Shown one piece after another: positions 58,693-64,000 of a stretch of 64,000 nucleotides of DNA. This DNA is from Vicinamibacterales bacterium (GTDB lineage: Bacteria > Acidobacteriota > Vicinamibacteria > Vicinamibacterales > UBA2999). The notes under the pieces are model-generated. The model had not been told where the DNA came from, did not search any database, and saw only the letters and a list, made by a program, of their open reading frames with translations. Each line of letters begins with the position of its first letter. Positions within the stretch are counted from its first letter, which is position 1. The DNA is taken from assembly GCA_040081715.1 (NCBI GenBank), contig JBEBFY010000017.1:319-64318 (forward strand), read 5' to 3'. The position numbers were made by a program, and so were the translations under genes.

Positions 58693-60117
58693 TTACTCTC
58701 GTGCCCCGGCGGCGCGCAACGCCTGCCTGGCTTCCTCGCCACTGGCCACCGCCAGCGGCGTGTCCCCCTTCTTGTTGCGTGCGTCGAGCCGCGCCCCACG
58801 CGCCGCCAGCGCCGTGACGATCGAGGGGTAGTTCATCTTTGCCGCGCCGTGGAGCGCCGTATTGCCCGCCTCGTTCGCGGCGTTGACGTCACCGGCCAGG
58901 CCGGGCAGTCCCGCCACCACCTGCGCTGCCACGGCTTCATCGGAGTCCTTCAGCACCGAGATGCGGTCGCGCCGATCGAACAGCCGCGTCTCGGACCCTA
59001 CCCCCGCCGCGGCCATCAGCACCGTTGTGCCGTCCTGAAGCGTGAGCCTGGGGTCGGCCCCCTTCGCCAGCAGCTCCTGGACGATGCCGGGTTCGAGGAA
59101 CTTGGCGGCCAGCATCAGCGGCGTCGCGCCCACGAGCGACTCGGGCAGAAAGTACTCGCGGCTGCCGCGGGTCGTTGCGGTGCCATTGCGCAGGCGCGAG
59201 TTCACGTTGGCTCGGCGCACCAGCAGTTGCGTCGCCAGACGGGCATTGCCCCGCAGGACGGCGGCATGCAGCGCGGAGTAGCCAGAGCCGATGACGTTCG
59301 GGTTGGCGCCCTTCTCGAGCAGCAGCAGCGCCAGTGCCGTGTGGTTGCCGTGCACCGCTGTCGTCAGCACGCTGGTGCCGTCTGGCGCGATGTCGTTGAC
59401 GTCGGCCCCCGCGGCCAGCAGCAGTTCGCCCACGCGCACATCGCCCTGGCGCGCCGCGAACAGCAGCGGCGTGCTTCCACCCTGGCTCACCTCGCCCACC
59501 ATCGCGGCCGTGATGTCGTTGGGATTCGCACGGTTGACCAGTGCCCGCGTCACGCGCGACCGGGCTCGCACATCGGAGCCGGCCGCCAGCAGCACGCGCA
59601 CCACCTCCACGTGCCCCTGGGCCACGGCCGTCATCAGCGCCGTCTGGTCACGAGCCGGTTCCTTCGCCCGCACATCCGCCCTGCGCGCCACGAGCGCCTT
59701 GACCGCATCAGCGTTGCCTGTGCGGGCACACGTCACCAAAGGCGGCACGTGCGCGGGCGCGTCCGGGCCGGCTCCACCCACGAGGAGACGTTCGACCATC
59801 GCCACGCTGGCGTTGGTACACGCCAGCGAGAGCGGCGTCACGCCCAGGTCGTCGGCTGCGTTGGCGTCGGCGCCGGCAGCCAGCAGCGCTCCGGCCATCT
59901 CACCTTCATCCCAATGCGCTGCCCAGTGCAGGGCGGTGGCCCCGTCAGCCTGCCTGACGTTCACAGGCGTACGCTGCCCGATCAGCGCCCGGAGCTGACC
60001 CAGGTTCCGCTGGCGTGCGGCCTCGACCAGCGGCGGCGCCTGGGGCAGGGTCTGTGCCGACGCCACGGGGTCCGCGAGCACCAGCGCCCAGCCCAACACC
60101 AACCCTGCGCGCGTCAC
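58693..60117 (-). CDS. Secreted ankyrin-repeat protein
   Basis: Signal peptide; about 10 repeats of GxTALHxAA / GxTPLxxA / LLxxGADxN. Confidence 0.92.
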   Translation of the reverse strand: MTRAGLVLGWALVLADPVASAQTLPQAPPLVEAARQRNLGQLRALIGQRTPVNVRQADGATALHWAAHWDEGEMAGALLAAGADANAADDLGVTPLSLACTNASVAMVERLLVGGAGPDAPAHVPPLVTCARTGNADAVKALVARRADVRAKEPARDQTALMTAVAQGHVEVVRVLLAAGSDVRARSRVTRALVNRANPNDITAAMVGEVSQGGSTPLLFAARQGDVRVGELLLAAGADVNDIAPDGTSVLTTAVHGNHTALALLLLEKGANPNVIGSGYSALHAAVLRGNARLATQLLVRRANVNSRLRNGTATTRGSREYFLPESLVGATPLMLAAKFLEPGIVQELLAKGADPRLTLQDGTTVLMAAAGVGSETRLFDRRDRISVLKDSDEAVAAQVVAGLPGLAGDVNAANEAGNTALHGAAKMNYPSIVTALAARGARLDARNKKGDTPLAVASGEEARQALRAAGARE

Positions 60118-61448
60118 AGCCCCGCCAGCACACCGGTGCTGTTGCCGAACCGGTCCCCCGGCACGCCGAGCGTCGGGAGCAGGCTCGCGTGGAGGTTCCC
60201 GATGGGCGTATCCGGGGCAAAGCGCAGGTGACGACCTCCGTTGATCTGCCCGGCGCCGCCTCCGGCCAGCAGCACCGGCAGGTCGTTGGGCGAGTGGGAA
60301 TTGCCGTCGCTCATGCCGGCGCCGTAGAGGATCGTGATGTGGTCCAGGAGCGAACCCTCGCCGTCCTTCGCCTCCGCGAGGCGGCTCAGGTAGTACGCGA
60401 ACTGCGTGACGTGGTACTCGTTGATGCGCGCCAGCTTCCGGAGCCTGTCGAGGTCGCCCTGGTGGTGCGAGGTCGGATGGTGAGCGTCGTGCACGTTCAC
60501 CTCCGGGTAGCTGCGCCCGCTCAACTCGCGGCCCATCATGAATGTGATGACCCGCGTCAGGTCGGACTGGAACGCCAGCACCTGGAGGTCGAACATCAAT
60601 CGCGCGTGATCCTGGAAGCTGGCGGGCACACCAACCGGGCGCTCCAGCGCTGGCAGATCCCGCGCCCCCTGCTCCTCGACCTTCTGGATCTGGCGCTCGA
60701 TGTCGCGCACGCCGTCGAGATACTGCGCGAGCTTTGCGCGGTCGCCCGCACCAAGCCCGCCCTGCAGGTCCGAGATGCTGGACGCCAGCGAATCCAGAAT
60801 GCTGCGGCGCGCGGTCAGCCTGGCGAGCCGGGCCTCACGCCCGGTGCTGTCGGCTTCGCCGAAGAGCCGCTCGAACACGGCCCTCGGGTTGTGCTCCATG
60901 GGAAGCGGGGTGGTGGCGCTGCGCCAGGAGATCGTGTCCGTGTACACGCAGCTCGAACCGATATCGCATACCCCGGCAAATGGAGACTCCAGCGAGAGCT
61001 CCAGCGACGCGAACTGGGTGTCCTTCTCCACGGCCCGGGCGACGACCTGGTCGAGCGACACACCGGCTTCCACGACCGACCCGGTTGAGGCCATGGGAGG
61101 TTCCGTGGTGAGAAACCGTGTGCTGGCCGCCCCGTGCACCGCGTAGTTGGGCGGGCCGTTCCGGAGGCCCGTGACCACGACAAGCCGTTGCCTGAACGGC
61201 TCAAGCGGCGCCAGCGTCGGGCTGAGGGCGAAGTCCGTGCCTTCGGCTTTCGGCGTCCACTGCGTCATCACGACGCCGTTTGGGACATAGACCACGCCGA
61301 GCCGCCTGACCGGCGCGGCCGCACGCGCGTGCGGCGTGAGCGCGGGCACCATGGCGTCGAGCAGCGGCAACCCAACGGCCGCCCCGACGCCTCTGAGCAG
61401 CATGCGCCGGGACAGCGCGCGCCGTGAGAGCGTCCGGCGCGTCACCAT
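60114..61448 (-). CDS. DUF1552-family protein with Tat-type signal
   Basis: LSRRMLLRGVGAAVGLPLLDAM, YVPNG, SLDQ, NPRAVFERLFG, SILD, HHPTSHH, GSLLD, NSHSPNDLP. Start at ATG 61448. Confidence 0.88.
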   Translation of the reverse strand: MVTRRTLSRRALSRRMLLRGVGAAVGLPLLDAMVPALTPHARAAAPVRRLGVVYVPNGVVMTQWTPKAEGTDFALSPTLAPLEPFRQRLVVVTGLRNGPPNYAVHGAASTRFLTTEPPMASTGSVVEAGVSLDQVVARAVEKDTQFASLELSLESPFAGVCDIGSSCVYTDTISWRSATTPLPMEHNPRAVFERLFGEADSTGREARLARLTARRSILDSLASSISDLQGGLGAGDRAKLAQYLDGVRDIERQIQKVEEQGARDLPALERPVGVPASFQDHARLMFDLQVLAFQSDLTRVITFMMGRELSGRSYPEVNVHDAHHPTSHHQGDLDRLRKLARINEYHVTQFAYYLSRLAEAKDGEGSLLDHITILYGAGMSDGNSHSPNDLPVLLAGGGAGQINGGRHLRFAPDTPIGNLHASLLPTLGVPGDRFGNSTGVLAGL

Positions 61449-63928
61449 CACGACGCCTGCCTCATCTGGAAGGGGACGCTCGTCACGATGCCCTCGATGA
61501 GCGCGGACCACCGGTAGCCGCTCCGGGCGGCGTCCCGGACGACGCCGCGCAACGCCGGCATATCGGAGGGCTCAAGCGCGCGCCCCAGCGCATACGTCAG
61601 CAGCTTCCCCGTCAGCGTGCGGACAAACTCCTCGGGATGTGCGGCAATCAGTTGCCTGATGCCTTCGACCCCGGTAAATGTCGTGCCGTCGGGGAGGGCG
61701 CCGGCCGCATCCACCGGCGCGCCGTCTTCACCGTGCGTGCGCCACCGGCCGATCGCGTCGAAGTTCTCGAGCGCGAAGCCGAGCGGATCCATCCGCGCGT
61801 GGCAACCCGCACACGCCGGGTTCGCCCGGTGACGCTCGGTGCGCTGCCGCATGCTGAGGGGGCGATTGTTCACACTCGGTCCAGGTAGCGGCGGGATGGT
61901 GGGCGGCGGCGGCGGCGGCGGCGTGCCCATCAGATTTTCCAGGAGCCACCGACCCCTGAGCACGGGAGAGGTTCGCGTCGGGTAGGACGTCGTCGTGAGC
62001 ACGCTCCCGTGGCCGAGGAGCCCGGCCCGCTGGCCGCCGGCAGACACCCGCCGAAAGTGCCCTCCGTAGACGCCCGGGATGCCGTAGTGCTTCGCGAGCC
62101 GCTCGTTCACGAACGTGTGCGTCGCCGTCAGCAGTTCCAGGACGGGGCGGTCCTGGCGAATCTGGTCCGCCATGAACAGCGCGGTCTCCCGCAGAAAGGC
62201 CTCGCGGAGGCTGCCGTCGTACTCCGGGAGGATCTCTTCGTCGAGGGTGGCCATCCGCAACTGCCGCAAGCCGAGCCACTGCATGGCGAAGTTGTCGACC
62301 AGTGTCCGGGAACGCTCGTCGGCCAGGAGCCGCGAGACCTCCGCCTTGAGGGCGGGCACGGCGCCAAGCGCGCCGCGCTCGGCCAGATCGAGCAGCGGGT
62401 CATCGGGCACGCTGCTCCAGAGGAAGAAGGACAGGCGCGACGCGAGTTCGACGTCGCTCACGCGGTAGGCGGCCCCGGGAGCCGTCGCCTTCGGCTCCCG
62501 CTCGATCCGGAACAGAAAGCCGGGGTCCATCAGCAGCCGCTCGATCGCCGCCTGGATGCCCCCGTCAAACGTTCCGGCTTCCCTCCGGCCGCGGTGGAAG
62601 AACGTCATCAGCGGCTCGATGTCCGCACTGTCCACGGGACGCCTGTAGGCACGCCGCGCCGTCGTGGCGAGAATGCCGCGGGCGCAGGCGTCTTCTTCGT
62701 AACTCACCGATGGCCGGCAGACGAAGAGGCGCGACCGGCTCGGCGTCGTGCCGGAACCAGTCGGGTTGATGGGGCCGTCCACCGTTACGCTGTTCACGGC
62801 AGGCCCCCAGGGACCCCACGGGGCGCTTGAGAACTCGCTATAGGCAAAGCCGAGCCCGGTCAGCGGCTGCTGCTGGACGCCTTCGCGCTCGTGGGGTTCG
62901 TCCACGAAATACACGCCGACGACGTGCGGCCCCGCTGCGGCTCTGAAGCGAACCTCCAGGCCGTCATCGGCGGTCACGGCCCAGGCCTCCCACTGCGGGT
63001 CGCCGAGGATGACGCCCGTGTAACTCAAGGGCGCGGGCCTGAACGCCTTCATGCCTCCAACTGTCATCCGCGCAAGGCGCCGGCCGTCCAACCTGATTTC
63101 AAGCAGGTGTGGCTCGGTCAGGCCACGCACGTAGCCGAGGATGTTTCTGAGGAGCGCCACGCGAATGATGTACTCGGCGTCGAGCGGAAACTGGTGCCGC
63201 ACCACCATCCCGCCCCGTGCACCAAACGGCAGGTCCTCGCTGGTGCGCGCGTCCTGGAACGCCGTCTGCGCTGCCTGGTAGGTGCGCGCGGCGAAGGCGG
63301 GCGTGATCGAGAGGTCGCCAACGGCCAGACGGCTGATCTGCCTGGCCGCTGAGAGATACCGATCCACCAGCAACGGCGAGAGCGAGAGCACGCCCCCGAT
63401 GTTGTCGAACCCGTCGAGCGATTCGTCGGCCGGCAGCAGCGCCGCGGCGTCGATCTCCAGCGCCAGCACATCGCGGACGGCGTTGGCGTACTCGGCACGG
63501 TTCAGCCGATGCGCCACGGGACGACCTGGCCGTGGCCTGGCAGCTGCCGCCACGTCAATCGCACGCTCCGCGCCCTCCACAAAGCGCGCGCGCGTTGCCG
63601 CATCCGGCCGCGGGGCACCGGCCGGGGGCATCACGCCCGACCGCACCTGCCGCACGATGCGTTCCCAGAGATCCGCATCCGCGCCAGCCCTGGGCTCCTC
63701 AATCGCGGAGAGATCGACGCCGCCCAGCTTCCGGGCGGTGACGTGGCAGGAGAGGCAATACCGGTCGAGAAGGGCGCGGTCGGGAGCCGCGGCGGGACGC
63801 TGCGTAGCCAGGGGGCGCCGCGTAGCGTGGGAACGCTGCGCGGCGAGCAGGGCGCCGCCCGGCACCGTACCGGCCAGCACGGCAGACAGCGCGGCGAACA
63901 GTACTCCCAGGAGACCCGTGTGTGGCAT
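61448..63928 (-). CDS. DUF1587/DUF1595/DUF1592/DUF1588/DUF1585 (Planctomycete cytochrome-associated) di-heme protein
   Basis: N-terminal CLSCH..MPP, HRLNRAEYANAVRD, GFDN, ARRAYRRP, LASRLSFFLWSSVPD, RTSPVLRG, C-terminal CAGCH..MDPLGFALENFDAIG, KLLTYALGR. Confidence 0.9.
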   Translation of the reverse strand: MPHTGLLGVLFAALSAVLAGTVPGGALLAAQRSHATRRPLATQRPAAAPDRALLDRYCLSCHVTARKLGGVDLSAIEEPRAGADADLWERIVRQVRSGVMPPAGAPRPDAATRARFVEGAERAIDVAAAARPRPGRPVAHRLNRAEYANAVRDVLALEIDAAALLPADESLDGFDNIGGVLSLSPLLVDRYLSAARQISRLAVGDLSITPAFAARTYQAAQTAFQDARTSEDLPFGARGGMVVRHQFPLDAEYIIRVALLRNILGYVRGLTEPHLLEIRLDGRRLARMTVGGMKAFRPAPLSYTGVILGDPQWEAWAVTADDGLEVRFRAAAGPHVVGVYFVDEPHEREGVQQQPLTGLGFAYSEFSSAPWGPWGPAVNSVTVDGPINPTGSGTTPSRSRLFVCRPSVSYEEDACARGILATTARRAYRRPVDSADIEPLMTFFHRGRREAGTFDGGIQAAIERLLMDPGFLFRIEREPKATAPGAAYRVSDVELASRLSFFLWSSVPDDPLLDLAERGALGAVPALKAEVSRLLADERSRTLVDNFAMQWLGLRQLRMATLDEEILPEYDGSLREAFLRETALFMADQIRQDRPVLELLTATHTFVNERLAKHYGIPGVYGGHFRRVSAGGQRAGLLGHGSVLTTTSYPTRTSPVLRGRWLLENLMGTPPPPPPPTIPPLPGPSVNNRPLSMRQRTERHRANPACAGCHARMDPLGFALENFDAIGRWRTHGEDGAPVDAAGALPDGTTFTGVEGIRQLIAAHPEEFVRTLTGKLLTYALGRALEPSDMPALRGVVRDAARSGYRWSALIEGIVTSVPFQMRQAS

Positions 63929-64000
63929 CAGCAGCCTGCGGCAATTCTAGCAGGGTGCTGAAGAACGCGATGTGTGCACGGATCTCTCTGATCGAGCAGG

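Noticed and set aside
61900-61925. (GGC)n run
   Set aside because: It encodes the poly-proline stretch PPPPPPP typical of DUF1588 domains; not a contingency repeat.
1-64000. CRISPR arrays, tRNA and rRNA genes
   Set aside because: No regularly spaced direct repeats, cloverleaf/T-loop signatures or rRNA-like tracts were found by eye; the few intergenic gaps are short and otherwise explained.

Overview
GC-rich bacterial chromosome segment, most likely from an Acidobacteriota (Vicinamibacteria-like) organism. This is inferred from gene content: Oar-type carboxypeptidase-domain TonB-dependent receptors, cytochrome-c/PQQ quinohemoproteins, a DUF1592-DUF1552-ankyrin trio and a compact dcw cluster. 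Layout: (1) 1-11.9 kb holds an internally deleted IS91-type HUH transposase relic, two paralogous heme-c/PQQ dehydrogenases, a lactonase, a secreted hydrolase, pgeF, acpS, a SpoVG-like protein, a RelE/ParE toxin-antitoxin pair, an RsuA-type pseudouridine synthase and a radical SAM gene. (2) 12-28.5 kb is the dcw cluster on the minus strand (mraZ-rsmH-ftsL-ftsI-murE-murF-mraY-murD-ftsW-murG-murC-ftsQ-ftsA-ftsZ), with a readable promoter and MraZ boxes. (3) 28.7-45.5 kb holds nucleotide-sugar/glycosylation genes, murJ, an MFS transporter, a rhomboid, a fused E1 dehydrogenase, a thiolase and others. (4) 45.8-55.6 kb holds three tandem, separately transcribed, Cys-rich and apparently mosaic TonB-dependent receptor paralogs. 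(5) 55.7-64 kb holds a GNAT, a four-His membrane protein, a PQQ sugar dehydrogenase and a convergent DUF1592/DUF1552/ankyrin operon. The best candidates for novelty are a ~60-nt CU-rich sRNA or attenuator directly upstream of murJ, the mosaic TBDR array with its His/CSC motif and downstream redox genes, and two long structured intergenic elements. No rRNA, tRNA or CRISPR array was seen. All family assignments come from motif recognition by eye, not database searches.
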